Assembly: GCA_028716665.1 (NCBI GenBank)
Contig: JAQUPP010000001.1
Location: forward strand, 37,313 to 101,312
DNA length: 64,000 nucleotides
From: Patescibacteria group bacterium
GTDB taxonomy: Bacteria; Patescibacteriota; Patescibacteriia; UBA2591; JAQUPP01
Direction of reading: 5' to 3'
Shown here: piece by piece, positions 28,198-40,387 of the stretch
Layout: every line of letters starts with the position of its first letter
How positions within the stretch are numbered: position 1 is the stretch's first letter
Made by a program: the position numbers and the translations under genes
The notes under the pieces: generated by a model
What the model saw: the letters and a program-made list of their open reading frames with translations, nothing else
Told to the model about the DNA's origin: nothing
Database searches by the model: none

Positions 28198-28218
28198 CGC
28201 AAATCAAAGCGGGTAAAC
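28198..28218. repeat. 3' half of the 16S processing stem (21-bp inverted repeat partner of 29845-29865)
   Basis: aaacgcaaatcaaagcgggta is the exact reverse complement of tacccgctttgatttgcgttt at 29845-29865, bracketing the 16S gene like an RNase III processing helix. Confidence 0.6.
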
Positions 28219-28276
28219 TAACCTTCGACCTTAATTTTTCTATTACTCGAAAGTAATAGAAAAAATATAAGTCCTC

Positions 28277-29802
<1,526 letters not shown>

Positions 29803-29844
29803 GATTATTTGATCCAAAATTTATAATTAAGAAACAGATTAGCT

Positions 29845-29865
29845 ACCCGCTTTGATTTGCGTTTG
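29845..29865. repeat. 5' half of the 16S processing stem
   Basis: See the partner at 28198-28218. Confidence 0.6.
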
Positions 29866-29925
29866 AATAGACTAATGTTTTTAGATTAATAGGCTTCTAA
29901 TATCTAAATTGTCAACGTACTCTTA

Positions 29926-30600
29926 TTAATTGCCGAAATGTTTTTGTCTCCATTTCTCTATTTTTTGATGATTGCCTGAAAGCAATTCTTTCGGCACAAT
30001 AAGTTTTTTAATTTTACTAAATTTATCTTTAAATGTAAAGACTTCCGGACGGGTGTATTGTGGATATTCTGTGGTTAACTCTGAATCGCCAAATGACTCT
30101 TCTTTTAGGGATTCCTGTCTGATAACCCCTGGAATCAATCTGGTAATGGCATCCACCAAAATCATAGCCGGCAATTCTCCTCCGGTTAAGACATAATCGC
30201 CAATAGAAATTTTCTCATCAATAAATTTATCAATTCTGGCATCCACGCCTTCGTATCGTCCGCAGATCAAAATTATTCTTTCCAATTTTGATAAACGTCT
30301 TGCCATTTTTTGATCAAATTTTTTTCCTTCCGGAGTAAATAAAATAATTTTCTGATTTTTCGTTTTTGAAAAAAATTTTAATTTTGTAAGAGCGTTATAT
30401 AATGGTTCTATTTTTAAAATCATCCCCGGACCGCCACCGTAGGGTTTGTCATCCACTTTTTTATGCTTGTCGGCGGTGAAAGAACGAAAATTATGAACCT
30501 TAATTTTAATTAATTTTTTTTCTCGAGCTCGTTTGATAATCGAAGCGTTGAAATAATTTTCAAAAATATCAGGGAAGATTGTCAGAATGTCAAATTTCAT
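29926..30600 (-). CDS. trmD: tRNA (guanine37-N1)-methyltransferase
   Basis: MKFDILTIFPDIF...PYGGGPGMIL... The start is probably at MKFDIL (30600) rather than the upstream ORF-track Met. Confidence 0.85.
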   Translation of the reverse strand: MKFDILTIFPDIFENYFNASIIKRAREKKLIKIKVHNFRSFTADKHKKVDDKPYGGGPGMILKIEPLYNALTKLKFFSKTKNQKIILFTPEGKKFDQKMARRLSKLERIILICGRYEGVDARIDKFIDEKISIGDYVLTGGELPAMILVDAITRLIPGVIRQESLKEESFGDSELTTEYPQYTRPEVFTFKDKFSKIKKLIVPKELLSGNHQKIEKWRQKHFGN

Positions 30601-30663
30601 AATAAAATAAAATAAAATCACCACCCAAAAGGGTAGTGATTTTATTTCCCTATTGAGTAAAAA

Positions 30664-30972
30664 TTATAATTTTAAATCGTCTACCGCGCTGGAAGTGCTT
30701 CTCACTCCGCGTGTAGATCCTTCTGGTTCTTCGATTTTAAGATTAATGCGCGCATTATTTCTTAAGCCGATAATGCGGATAAGAGTTCTAATTGCTCGAG
30801 CGGTTGAACCTTCTCGACCAATTATTTGTCCCATATCTTCCGGATTAAGCCTTAAAGAAAGAAGAACACCCATTTCGTCTACTGTGCGAACGACTTTAAC
30901 ATCGTCTGGGTGGACTACAAGCGCCTTGACAACGTACTCTATAAATTCTTGATCTTTTGCTTTTACTGCCAT
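30664..30972 (-). CDS. KH-domain RNA-binding protein (YlqC/UPF0109-like)
   Basis: GQIIGREGSTARAIRTL KH motif. It sits in the conserved rpsP-KH-(rimM)-trmD-rplS neighbourhood. Confidence 0.7.
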   Translation of the reverse strand: MAVKAKDQEFIEYVVKALVVHPDDVKVVRTVDEMGVLLSLRLNPEDMGQIIGREGSTARAIRTLIRIIGLRNNARINLKIEEPEGSTRGVRSTSSAVDDLKL

Positions 30973-31151
30973 ATTGGTATTTTATAGTTTGCTTGATTCC
31001 TGCACCTTCTAAGTCAGGACATCAATACTTGCTACCTTTTAAATCATCCAGCCTTCCGACCTTTTTCCAAATGTTTTTTAAAATTTACAAACATTTGAGA
31101 CTGGCACTTTTACTTTATATACTATAACAAAAAATAAAAAATCTGTCAAGC

Positions 31152-31478
31152 CTATTTCTCAGCCTTTTCTCCTTCTTTTATATCGGCTTGCTTTTTGGCT
31201 TCCTGATTTTTCATGGTTACTTTTGTTACCTTAACCTTTTTGCCGGTAATAACTTGCAGATTAACCAACAAATTATGAACCGTCTTGGTCGGTTGAGCGC
31301 CTTTGGAAATCCAATAATTTATCCGTTCATTGTTAAGAGACGATTTTTTGGTCAGAGGATTATAATATCCCAGGTCTTCCAAAAAATTTCCCCACGGATC
31401 TTTGGACTTTTCTAAAACCAGCAGTCTGAAAGACGGCTGATGTTTTTTTCCTATTCTTGATAGTTTGATTGCTAACAT
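31152..31478 (-). CDS. rpsP: 30S ribosomal protein S16
   Basis: MLAIKLSRIGKKHQPSFRLLV... S16 N-terminal signature. Confidence 0.85.
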   Translation of the reverse strand: MLAIKLSRIGKKHQPSFRLLVLEKSKDPWGNFLEDLGYYNPLTKKSSLNNERINYWISKGAQPTKTVHNLLVNLQVITGKKVKVTKVTMKNQEAKKQADIKEGEKAEK

Positions 31479-31532
31479 AGAGATTAATATAACACTCCTT
31501 AAAAATTAGTCAATCCTGTTTATTAACAATGA

Positions 31533-32792
31533 TTAATTTTCTGTACGTTTAATGTCTGCGCCCAAAAGAGACAATCTTTCTTCCATTTTTTCATATCCCC
31601 GGTCAACAATTTCAACTTGATTAATAATAGTTTGTCCTTTGGCCAAAAGACCGGCAATAATCAAAGTGGCGCCGGCGCGCAAATCAAAACTTTTTATTTC
31701 TTGTCCGTACAAAGGCGTCGGACCGGTGATAATTACGCGATGCGGATCGGCAACAACCGCGTTGGCTCCCATTTTAATCAATTCTCCAACATAACTCATT
31801 CGACTTTCAAAAAGCGGATCTTGAATCAAACTGACTCCGTCGCATTGAGTCGCTAAAAGCGCGAAAGGAGCCTGCAAATCAGTGGGGAAACCCGGATAAG
31901 GCAAGGCCTGCAATTTAAAAGCTTTTAAATTATACGAAGGATAAATGTCCAACTGATTTTCTTTTAATTCAAATTTAACACCGATTTCCGCTAATTTTAA
32001 AAGAATTAAATCCAGGTGTTCGGGAATAATATTTTTAATATGCAGCTCCGAATGAGTGACTGCGGCCAAAACAATAAAAGTTCCGATTTCTATTTGATCA
32101 GGAATAATTTTATATTGAACACCCTTTAATTTTTCTACCCCGTCAATGATTAAATTATGAGTGCCAATGCCGGAAATTTTCGCGCCCATTTTATTTAAAA
32201 AATTGCATAAATCCTGAACATGGGGTTCTTCAGCGGCTAATTTGATAGTTGTTTGGCCCTGAGCTTTGACTGCGGCCATTAAGATATTCTCTGTTGCGGT
32301 AACGGAAAATTCTGGTAGAATAATCTTGCTGCCAATCAACTTATCGGCCTTAAGATGATAGAACCCGTTATCTTCAATAATCTGAGCGCCCAAACTTTTC
32401 AAGGCAGACAGATGAACATCAATCGGACGCTTGCCGATAATGCAGCCGCCCGGTTCAGGCAAATCAACTTTGCCGCATCTGGCCAATAAAGGACCAAGAA
32501 ATAAAATTGAAGAACGCAAACTTTTGACCGCTTTCTGATCCAATGTTTTTAAAGAAATATTTTTATTGCAAATTGTCAGTTGATGATCGCCAGTCCAAGA
32601 TATTTCACTGCCCAAACTCTTTAAAATATCAATCATTTTATCAACATCGGAAATTTTTGGGACATTATCAATAACGCTAGTTTCCTCGGTTAAAAGAGTC
32701 GCCGCAATAATGGGAGTCGCCGCGTTTTTCATTCCTTTTATTTCTACTTCTCCTTTCAAATGTTTCCCGCCCTCAATAATGAATTTAGACAT
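31533..32792 (-). CDS. murA: UDP-N-acetylglucosamine 1-carboxyvinyltransferase
   Basis: EPSP-synthase fold, KNAATPIIAA and catalytic Cys region ...GGCIIG..., 419 aa. Confidence 0.9.
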   Translation of the reverse strand: MSKFIIEGGKHLKGEVEIKGMKNAATPIIAATLLTEETSVIDNVPKISDVDKMIDILKSLGSEISWTGDHQLTICNKNISLKTLDQKAVKSLRSSILFLGPLLARCGKVDLPEPGGCIIGKRPIDVHLSALKSLGAQIIEDNGFYHLKADKLIGSKIILPEFSVTATENILMAAVKAQGQTTIKLAAEEPHVQDLCNFLNKMGAKISGIGTHNLIIDGVEKLKGVQYKIIPDQIEIGTFIVLAAVTHSELHIKNIIPEHLDLILLKLAEIGVKFELKENQLDIYPSYNLKAFKLQALPYPGFPTDLQAPFALLATQCDGVSLIQDPLFESRMSYVGELIKMGANAVVADPHRVIITGPTPLYGQEIKSFDLRAGATLIIAGLLAKGQTIINQVEIVDRGYEKMEERLSLLGADIKRTEN

Positions 32793-32804
32793 ATTATTTA
32801 ATTT

Positions 32805-34322
32805 ATGCCGAAAAAATTTAGAATTTTTTTAATTATATTTTTTACTCTTGCTTTTATTATTACCGCCCCGCCCTTGATATTTTACGCCAAAGGGTATCAA
32901 TTTGATTTTAGAACGCATCGGCTGACCAAAACCGGCAATTTATTCGTTGATTCGTATCCGCGAGATGCTTTAGTGGTAGTTGATGGTAAGACCTCCATTG
33001 AACACCATTGGTATGATTCTCTTTTGTTTTATAAAGATATTTTTGGTATGGTTAAACGACAAGGAACGACTGCTTCTCTGATTTCCAATATTTTGCCCGG
33101 CCAATATTCAGTGGAAGTTCAAAAAAACGGTTATCATTCTTGGAATAAAAAAGTTGAAATCCTGCCCAATCAAACCACCTCTTTTCAATTTATTCAATTA
33201 TTTTTAAATTCTCCTCAACCGATTTGGTTGGATGAAGGAAAAATTGTCAATAAATGGACCAACCCCAATAAAGATAAAATTATCTATCAGATCAGTTCTG
33301 AGTCCCCTAAATCTAGTCAACAATTTAAATTATTTACAACGGAAAAAGAAAGTTTGATTTCTTTGGAAAAATTAACCGATATCGGAAAAATTAATTTCAT
33401 CTCCTTTGCTCCAAATGCAAAAAATATTTTATTTTCAGCTGAACGCGATAAAAAAAATACTTATTTTATTTTTGATTGGACTGAAAAAAAACTTATTAAT
33501 CTGAATCAAGAATTTACGAAGTTTAACTTTGCCGCTTTTGACAAACAAAAAGGTGCTGTTAATATCAAATGGGCGAAAAATTTACAAAATACTATTCTGA
33601 TCAGATTAGACAACACTGTTTACTCTATAAATTTATCTGATAATAAAATGTCTGTTTTCTTCCAAATTAATAATCCTTTTACGGATTGGCTGGAATCTTC
33701 TGAAACTATTGAAATTTTAACAATACGACAAAAAAAATTATTTTTGGAAAAATATTGGTTAAATAAAAAAAATAATGGACAAAATATATTAATTGCCCAG
33801 CAGGAATTGCCGAATCTTCCGTTTGTTTTTTCTGAAATTCAGCCCTCAAGTGATTCAAGATTTTTAACCAACAACGGTAAAAAAGAATTTATGATTCTCT
33901 CTCCTGATTCGCTTGGACAATTAAGCGCTTCCACAAATGTTCAAGCCTCAGAACTTCTGCCCTTTACATCTAAAAATAATTATTTCTATTATAACGATCA
34001 CGAGCTTCAAATATTGGACATTTCCGGCGACAATCCGGAACAAAATCCGTTTAAAAGAGAAATTATAAATCGTCTCAGTCCGATAATTTCAGATGCCTCT
34101 CTGTATCCGACTCAAAATTATCTTTTATATATCATGACTGATGCGTCTTCCCAACAAAATCAAATTTTTCTTCTTGAAATAGATAACCGTGGCGGATTTA
34201 ATAATCATCTTATTTTTTCAAGCGAACAAATTTCCACTTGTTTAGTGGATTCTAACTCATATCTATTTTGTCTTGGCAAAGTTGGAGACAAAGAAGGATT
34301 TTTCAAATTAAGAATTCAGTAA
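32805..34322 (+). CDS. hypothetical membrane-anchored/secreted protein
   Basis: N-terminal TM helix. A PEGA-like segment (LFVDSYPRDALVVVDGKTS) is followed by a large extracytoplasmic region. Confidence 0.4.
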   Translation: MPKKFRIFLIIFFTLAFIITAPPLIFYAKGYQFDFRTHRLTKTGNLFVDSYPRDALVVVDGKTSIEHHWYDSLLFYKDIFGMVKRQGTTASLISNILPGQYSVEVQKNGYHSWNKKVEILPNQTTSFQFIQLFLNSPQPIWLDEGKIVNKWTNPNKDKIIYQISSESPKSSQQFKLFTTEKESLISLEKLTDIGKINFISFAPNAKNILFSAERDKKNTYFIFDWTEKKLINLNQEFTKFNFAAFDKQKGAVNIKWAKNLQNTILIRLDNTVYSINLSDNKMSVFFQINNPFTDWLESSETIEILTIRQKKLFLEKYWLNKKNNGQNILIAQQELPNLPFVFSEIQPSSDSRFLTNNGKKEFMILSPDSLGQLSASTNVQASELLPFTSKNNYFYYNDHELQILDISGDNPEQNPFKREIINRLSPIISDASLYPTQNYLLYIMTDASSQQNQIFLLEIDNRGGFNNHLIFSSEQISTCLVDSNSYLFCLGKVGDKEGFFKLRIQ

Positions 34323-35039
34323 TTATCTTGATTGCGCCACCAAATTCGCCGATTTCAAAAGCGAAGAAAATGTTCCGGCGTCAGACCAAAATCCTTTAAC
34401 AATTTCCGAACTGGCCGTACCCTGTTTGATGTAAAAATTATTAACGTCAGTAATTTCAAGCTCTCCCCTTTGGGAGGGCTTGATATTTTTTATAATATCA
34501 AAAACTTGCGAATCATACATATAAAGTCCGGTTACGGCATATTTGCTTTTAGGATTAGTTGGTTTTTCTTCAATATTAATGACTTTATTATTTTTGAGTT
34601 CCGCCACGCCAAAACGTTGAGGATCTTGAACTTCTTTCAAAAAAAGCTTGGCGCCTTTTACCTGAGATTTAAAATCTTTCACTGCTTGAGAAAAATCATC
34701 TTCAAAAATATTATCTCCCAAAATAACGGCAATCGGTTCGTTGTCGGCGAAATCTTCAGCCAAACCCAATGCTTCGGCAATTCCACCCGCGCCTTCCTGA
34801 TAAGCATAATGCATTTCTTTAATTCCCCATTCTTTGCCGCTACCCAATAATTTTAAAAAATCACCGGGATTATTACCACCGGTAACCAAAAGAATTTCTT
34901 TTATATCAGCTTTAACCAAGGTTTCTAAAGGATAATAAATCATCGGCTTATCATAAACATTCAAGAGATGCTTATTGATGACTTTGGTACACGGCAATAA
35001 TCTGCTGCCGTTGCCGCCGGCTAAAATAATTCCTTTCAT
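34323..35039 (-). CDS. sugar-phosphate nucleotidyltransferase (RmlA/GalU-like)
   Basis: MKGIILAGGNGSRLLPCTKVINKHLL signature. Confidence 0.7.
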   Translation of the reverse strand: MKGIILAGGNGSRLLPCTKVINKHLLNVYDKPMIYYPLETLVKADIKEILLVTGGNNPGDFLKLLGSGKEWGIKEMHYAYQEGAGGIAEALGLAEDFADNEPIAVILGDNIFEDDFSQAVKDFKSQVKGAKLFLKEVQDPQRFGVAELKNNKVINIEEKPTNPKSKYAVTGLYMYDSQVFDIIKNIKPSQRGELEITDVNNFYIKQGTASSEIVKGFWSDAGTFSSLLKSANLVAQSR

Positions 35040-35249
35040 ATTATTTATAAAAAAATAATTAACACACTATGAACGAAATTTGCCTGAACGATATCGCGGA
35101 AAAGCCTTAGAAAATTAAGGAGTTTTATTGAAAAATTCATCTATTTGACGATCCCACTATAGTCGGGAGAGGAGTTATGAATTTTTCAGAATAAAACGAG
35201 TATAATTTTCAAGGGTTTGGAGCGCTGAGTGAAGACGAATTTTGTAAAA

Positions 35250-37298
35250 CTAAACTATAAATTTCTTTTCTTTTTTAATTTCGCGATAAGTTTCCAAAAA
35301 ATCTCCGACTACAACTTCGGCTGAACCGACGAGTTTTAATCCGCATTCTGTGCCGAGTTTTGCTTCGGCCGCATCTTGATGATGGACTTGAAGCTCAACA
35401 ATTCTACCTTCGCCTTTCAATTCTTGATTTACCCCCCAAACTCGAGCGATATTATCTTTGAATATTTTACCGGTTACAACCCGGCCGCCCAAGATAGTTT
35501 CCTTGCCCGCGGTTCTGAAAATCGCCAAAACCTCCAATTTACCGGTTTTTTCTTCTATAATTTCTATGGAGAAAGATTTATTCATTTCATCTTTGACATT
35601 CTGCAGCAAGTCGTAAATAATCTGATAAATATTTATTTTAATTCCCATATCCGAAGCCGCTTGCTTTGCCTGATTGGTCATATCAACGTTAAAACCGATC
35701 AGCCAAGCATTGGCATTTTTGGCCAGCTCCACATCAATCTCGGTCAAATTGCCTAAATCCTTTTTTAAAATATTAATTTTTACTTCCGGATGATTTATTT
35801 TTTCCAAAGCATGAATAACGGCCTCAAGTGATCCGGAAACATCAGCTCTCAAAATAAGATTAAGAGATTTTCGTGTTGTCTTTTTGTCTTTTACTCCTTG
35901 CGTTTGATTACTGTCTCCTCTTTTTTGATAAGACAAATCAATTTCTTTAATTTTCTTTTTAAATTCCTTGTTGTCTTTTATTTCTTCAACAATGTCCCCG
36001 ACTTTCACCACTCCCTTAAGACCGAAAATTTGAACCGGCATGCCGCTTGGCGCTTTTTCCACTTCTTTATTCGCCCGATTCTTGATTAATTTAACTCTTC
36101 CATAACCATGACCGGCGATTAAATTAGTTCCTTTTTCCAAAAGTCCGTTAAAAATAATCAGACTTGCCACTTCGCCCGCGCCCGGATCGCGATGAGTTTC
36201 AATAATCGTTCCCACCAGTATTCCTTTCGGATTGGCCATCAATTTATCTTTTTTCATATCTGCCAAAAGAAGTATCATTTCCAATAATTCATCAATTCCT
36301 TGTTTTGTTTTACCGGAAACCGGTACACAAATAACCGAGCCTCCCCAATCTTCGGGTATTAAATTAATTTCCGACAAACCTTTCTTGACTCTTTCAACGT
36401 CTGCTTCGGGTTTGTCTATTTTATTAATTGCCACTATGAACGGCAAATTTTCTTGTTGAATAATTTTTATTGATTCAATGGTTTGGGGTTGAATTTTATC
36501 ATCAGCGGCCACTACCAAAACAGCGATATCAGCTGCTTCTCCGCCTCTTGATCGCATGGCTTGAAAAGTTTCATGGCCGGGCGTGTCTATAAAAGTAATT
36601 GTGCGTGACGCAGCTGCCCCTTTCTTCGCTCGGGGTGATGATTCTTTTTCCTTTGAAGGAATCATCACTTGATAGGCGCCGATTTTTTGAGTAATACCTC
36701 CCACTTCTTTGTCAGCAACATGAGTTTGGCGAATAGCATCCAAAATAGTGGTTTTACCATGATCAACATGACCCATCACCACCACTACCGGCGGACGAAT
36801 TATCAAATCATTTTTATCTTCCTGTGCCAGAACTTCTTCCAATCTTTCTTTAATCATTTTTTTCTTTATTATTTCTTCTCCTCCTTCCCCTCTTGTGGCT
36901 TTAAATCCAAAATTTTCAGAAACAATTGCCGCAACTTCATAATCCAAATTTTCATTAATACTGGCCAGAACTCCATTTTTAATCAACTCTCCCATTAATT
37001 TGGTAATAGGCATTTTTAATTTTTCGGCTAGACGATAAACCTGAATTGTCGGCGGAATGGAGATGGAATTGGTTTTAACTGTTTCTTCTTCGTCTGCCAC
37101 ACGCGACATTTTATCTTTAATTTTTTGAAGCAAGGCTGATTTTTTTTCCGCTTCATGCCAAGCTTCTATTACTTTATTAGCCTGATCGTCCGGAATTTGA
37201 ATCGCCCTTAAACCAATATGAAAACCGAGCTCGGGTAATTTTTCCTTAAGCTCTTGCGGCGTAACTTTTAATTGTCTGGCTAATTCAGTTATATTCAT
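35250..37298 (-). CDS. infB: translation initiation factor IF-2
   Basis: G-domain VVVVMGHVDHGKTTILD, DTPGH, NKID, 682 aa. Confidence 0.9.
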   Translation of the reverse strand: MNITELARQLKVTPQELKEKLPELGFHIGLRAIQIPDDQANKVIEAWHEAEKKSALLQKIKDKMSRVADEEETVKTNSISIPPTIQVYRLAEKLKMPITKLMGELIKNGVLASINENLDYEVAAIVSENFGFKATRGEGGEEIIKKKMIKERLEEVLAQEDKNDLIIRPPVVVVMGHVDHGKTTILDAIRQTHVADKEVGGITQKIGAYQVMIPSKEKESSPRAKKGAAASRTITFIDTPGHETFQAMRSRGGEAADIAVLVVAADDKIQPQTIESIKIIQQENLPFIVAINKIDKPEADVERVKKGLSEINLIPEDWGGSVICVPVSGKTKQGIDELLEMILLLADMKKDKLMANPKGILVGTIIETHRDPGAGEVASLIIFNGLLEKGTNLIAGHGYGRVKLIKNRANKEVEKAPSGMPVQIFGLKGVVKVGDIVEEIKDNKEFKKKIKEIDLSYQKRGDSNQTQGVKDKKTTRKSLNLILRADVSGSLEAVIHALEKINHPEVKINILKKDLGNLTEIDVELAKNANAWLIGFNVDMTNQAKQAASDMGIKINIYQIIYDLLQNVKDEMNKSFSIEIIEEKTGKLEVLAIFRTAGKETILGGRVVTGKIFKDNIARVWGVNQELKGEGRIVELQVHHQDAAEAKLGTECGLKLVGSAEVVVGDFLETYREIKKEKKFIV

Positions 37299-37312
37299 TT
37301 TTTTTCAATTTT

Positions 37313-39202
37313 TTAATTTGTTGGTTGATTAATTTGAGGTTCCGGCACTATTGTTGTTTCCTTGCCGATCAGCCAAACTTCAGGCCAAGGTTTATAATGA
37401 CTTTTCCAAACATCTTCTCTGATGGTGCCATTTGAAAAAGTAATAATATTTTTAAATTCCGCGTCAGCCCCTTGATGAGCTGATTCAACTTTCTTTTTTA
37501 CGCCCGGCGCCAGGGTATCTGTCTCAATATATCTAATCGGACCCGGCTTGGTGATGTTAAAAATTTTAGGCTTGGTGGTTTCAATTTTTCGGCCGTCCGG
37601 TGTGCCATATAATTCAAAAATCAAATTATTTCCTTCTATTTTTGTCTGAATTAAAAGATAGTGTTCTGTGTCATTGATAAATCTTAAATCCGGTTGAGGT
37701 GAATATATAGTAGCATCCATACCGGCCGGTTCATAGTAAACAACCCGATAAGAATGAGGGGAGCGCTGAGTGATAGACACACCTGCATTAAGAGCCACCC
37801 TAAACATAGTTGTCCCTAATTGACAAAGACCGCCTCCATATTCCGGCACTGTCCGATCTCCTTTAATGACCAATTCCGGAAGAAAACCGGCTTCTTTATC
37901 AACCGGGCCGATCGCATTAATAGTAGAAAATTCTTCTTCGGGTTTAATCAGAATGCCATTTAATTTTTGAGCTCCGACTTTAATGTTAACGCGACGATTT
38001 TGCGGGCTGCCGCTAAAATCGGAAACTCCTCGACCGACCAATTCTTTAATACCCAAGTCATTAATGTTTTCAACAATTTGGGTCGGCTTAGTTTCTTCGA
38101 CAATTAATTTGATTTCTTTATTTTTCTGAATTTCTTCGCCAGTTTTATTTTGCGACAAATCATCTGAGAATGATTGAATAATTGCCTGAGCAGAAGCATC
38201 AAAATTCATCTTCATGCCTGATTGACCGGCAGAGAACTCAACCACTTTATCATTTTCTATTTTAAATTGAGCATCAATCGATTCAACATCAATTTCCGCG
38301 GCCAGTGGTTTTAAAAATTCTTTAATTTTTTCCTGATTAAGAGTCAAACTTATTTGATTGCTGCCATCTTTGGTAAATTCCAGCCATTCAGCCCATTTGG
38401 TTGAAGGCAATTTTTTCTCTTTTTTGCCGTATTGCAAAATATAAGATGCCGAATTAAATAAATCTTGAGCTTGATTGAAAATTTTTGAACATTCACTAAT
38501 TTTTATTTGAGGTTCTAACTCCTTAACCGGAATCTGCACTTCAATATTTTGGAAAAATCGCAAATTGGTTTCCATTTGTTTGATTCCATTTTCATAGTCC
38601 AAAATAAACCCCGGTTTTTCTTCCAATAAAACCAATTCTTGCTTATTTAATTCAATTCTGGCGTTTTGAACCGGTTTTTCCAATGATTTAAAATTTTCTT
38701 CCAAAATTTGCTGAAGCCCTGATTTATCTATTTGAACTTCCGGATAAATTGTTTTGCCTTGAATAATTTCCAAAAATCTTTGAAAAATATTACCTTGACG
38801 TCCGATGGCAAAAGCTTTTTCCGCGGTTAAATCAGTGTTAAAATTGATAATTGAACGGCTTAAATCCGGATCGGCCAAGCCGATTGAATTAGTTTCCGTA
38901 TTTATTCTTTTCTCCCCCAAATCAGTTTTGGCATAAAAAGAAAAACCTTGAGATTCCATTTGATCAACTGTTTCACTTAATAAATCCTTGGCTTCTTGCA
39001 ATTTCAAACCGCCCAAATCCAGGCCATTGCAATAAAATTTCGGATAAATGGCCAAGGCGTATTTTTTTTGAAACATGAGACAATAACCACTCAGAGCAAG
39101 TAAAATAACAATAATAAATAAAAAGAAAAATATTATTTTTTTATGATTCGGCCTGCGCACAAGATTATGATTTTGTTTGGTTAAATTTAAACGAGGAGCC
39201 AT
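37313..39202 (-). CDS. VanW-domain cell-wall protein
   Basis: C-terminal GGGLCQLGTTMFRVALNAG...YEPAGMDATIY VanW-like motif. N-terminal TM helix. Confidence 0.6.
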   Translation of the reverse strand: MAPRLNLTKQNHNLVRRPNHKKIIFFFLFIIVILLALSGYCLMFQKKYALAIYPKFYCNGLDLGGLKLQEAKDLLSETVDQMESQGFSFYAKTDLGEKRINTETNSIGLADPDLSRSIINFNTDLTAEKAFAIGRQGNIFQRFLEIIQGKTIYPEVQIDKSGLQQILEENFKSLEKPVQNARIELNKQELVLLEEKPGFILDYENGIKQMETNLRFFQNIEVQIPVKELEPQIKISECSKIFNQAQDLFNSASYILQYGKKEKKLPSTKWAEWLEFTKDGSNQISLTLNQEKIKEFLKPLAAEIDVESIDAQFKIENDKVVEFSAGQSGMKMNFDASAQAIIQSFSDDLSQNKTGEEIQKNKEIKLIVEETKPTQIVENINDLGIKELVGRGVSDFSGSPQNRRVNIKVGAQKLNGILIKPEEEFSTINAIGPVDKEAGFLPELVIKGDRTVPEYGGGLCQLGTTMFRVALNAGVSITQRSPHSYRVVYYEPAGMDATIYSPQPDLRFINDTEHYLLIQTKIEGNNLIFELYGTPDGRKIETTKPKIFNITKPGPIRYIETDTLAPGVKKKVESAHQGADAEFKNIITFSNGTIREDVWKSHYKPWPEVWLIGKETTIVPEPQINQPTN

Positions 39203-39204
39203 AA

Positions 39205-39708
39205 TTATTCAACTTCAATATTTTGATCTTTGTCTTCGGTTTTTGGCAAAATAACGGTTAAAATTCCATTTTTTAAATTCGCTTTTACTTTGTCGGATTT
39301 TACCGGATATGGCAAAACCAAGGTCCGGGAAAATTTCCCCCAAAAACATTCTTGCAAATAATAATTTTTTGTTTCATCTTCTGTTTCCTGCCTTCTTTCA
39401 CCCCTGATAACAATCAAGTCAGATTCAACCGTAATATCAATGTCTTCTTTGTTAATGCCGGCAATCGTGGATTCAACGATAATGTTATTGTCTCTTTCAA
39501 AAATATCAACCACCAATTGACCTTGTCCTGAATCAGGCAGCCATTTTTTTATTTCGCTTTCTTCAGGTTTCTTTTTGGCCATAAACGGCTTTTTTTCTTT
39601 TACTTTTTTCTTTATCGGCGCCTCGGAAGTCGTATTCACTTCCTCGGTTTCTTTTTCCAAAACATCCTTGGGCAGACCGGTTATTTTTGACCAAATAATT
39701 TTTGTCAT
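39205..39708 (-). CDS. Hsp20/alpha-crystallin small heat shock protein
   Basis: Alpha-crystallin domain ...VDIFERDNNIIVESTIAGINKEDIDITVE...GILTVILPK. Confidence 0.8.
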   Translation of the reverse strand: MTKIIWSKITGLPKDVLEKETEEVNTTSEAPIKKKVKEKKPFMAKKKPEESEIKKWLPDSGQGQLVVDIFERDNNIIVESTIAGINKEDIDITVESDLIVIRGERRQETEDETKNYYLQECFWGKFSRTLVLPYPVKSDKVKANLKNGILTVILPKTEDKDQNIEVE

Positions 39709-39770
39709 AAACGAATATTTAGATTAAACTATTCTTTTATTGTAACAGAAAAGAATAAAAAAACAACCCC

Positions 39771-39798
39771 TTGACAAAAAATAAAAAAATGTTATTAT
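39771..39798 (+). promoter_or_regulatory. sigma70-like promoter
   Basis: TTGACA-16-TATTAT upstream of the 39839 ORF. Confidence 0.45.
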
Positions 39799-39838
39799 AT
39801 TTATATATAAATCAGTTCTTTATAAAAAAGGGGGCAAG

Positions 39839-40294
39839 ATGAGTGAAAGAAGAAAATTTGGAATTATGGCTATTGTCTCTTTCTGGAGCACAGTCATAAT
39901 GGCTATAACTTTATGTATAGTCAGTCATTTCGGACCAGTCTCAACCCAAGAAATTCCATGGATTAAATTAACTCTCTCCCGCTGGTGGGATGTTCTTTTT
40001 CTACCTGCTTATTCCTGGATTCTGTTTTTAATGTGGATGCTGGATACAGCAGAAAAAAAAGTGTTTTCAGGAGCAAAAACAATCACAATCTCAATTCTTG
40101 ACGCATTCGCTTATGGAGTCGTTATAGGACTTTTGGTTGGATTCTCTTGCGGGCTCTTTGAAGGATTAGGAGCTGGATTCGTTGCCGGGCTGGGAGTTGG
40201 AGTAATATTTGGAATCTGTTTCGCATTTATTATCTTATTTGTCTTGTTGGTTAAAGTAGTGGTTAATATCCATAAGTGGCTTCTAAAAAATTGA
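39839..40294 (+). CDS. hypothetical small polytopic membrane protein
   Basis: 151 aa, 4 hydrophobic helices, SD aaggggg. Confidence 0.4.
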   Translation: MSERRKFGIMAIVSFWSTVIMAITLCIVSHFGPVSTQEIPWIKLTLSRWWDVLFLPAYSWILFLMWMLDTAEKKVFSGAKTITISILDAFAYGVVIGLLVGFSCGLFEGLGAGFVAGLGVGVIFGICFAFIILFVLLVKVVVNIHKWLLKN

Positions 40295-40300
40295 AAATAA

Positions 40301-40338
40301 AAAAGACCGTTGAAAAAATCAACGGTCTTTTTCTTTTT
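40301..40338. terminator. bidirectional terminator hairpin
   Basis: agaccgttga-aaaaa-tcaacggtct followed by a T-run. Confidence 0.6.
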
Positions 40339-40387
40339 AAAAAATTATTTTCTCGAATAAGCAGCGGCTTTTCCCTAAAGAGTAAAA

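Noticed and set aside
35040-35249. Possible tiny ORFs (MNEICLNDIAEKP, 13 aa) or an ncRNA in the intergenic region upstream of the nucleotidyltransferase gene
   Set aside because: There is no RBS or structure signal and the length is trivial. Most likely promoter or leader sequence.
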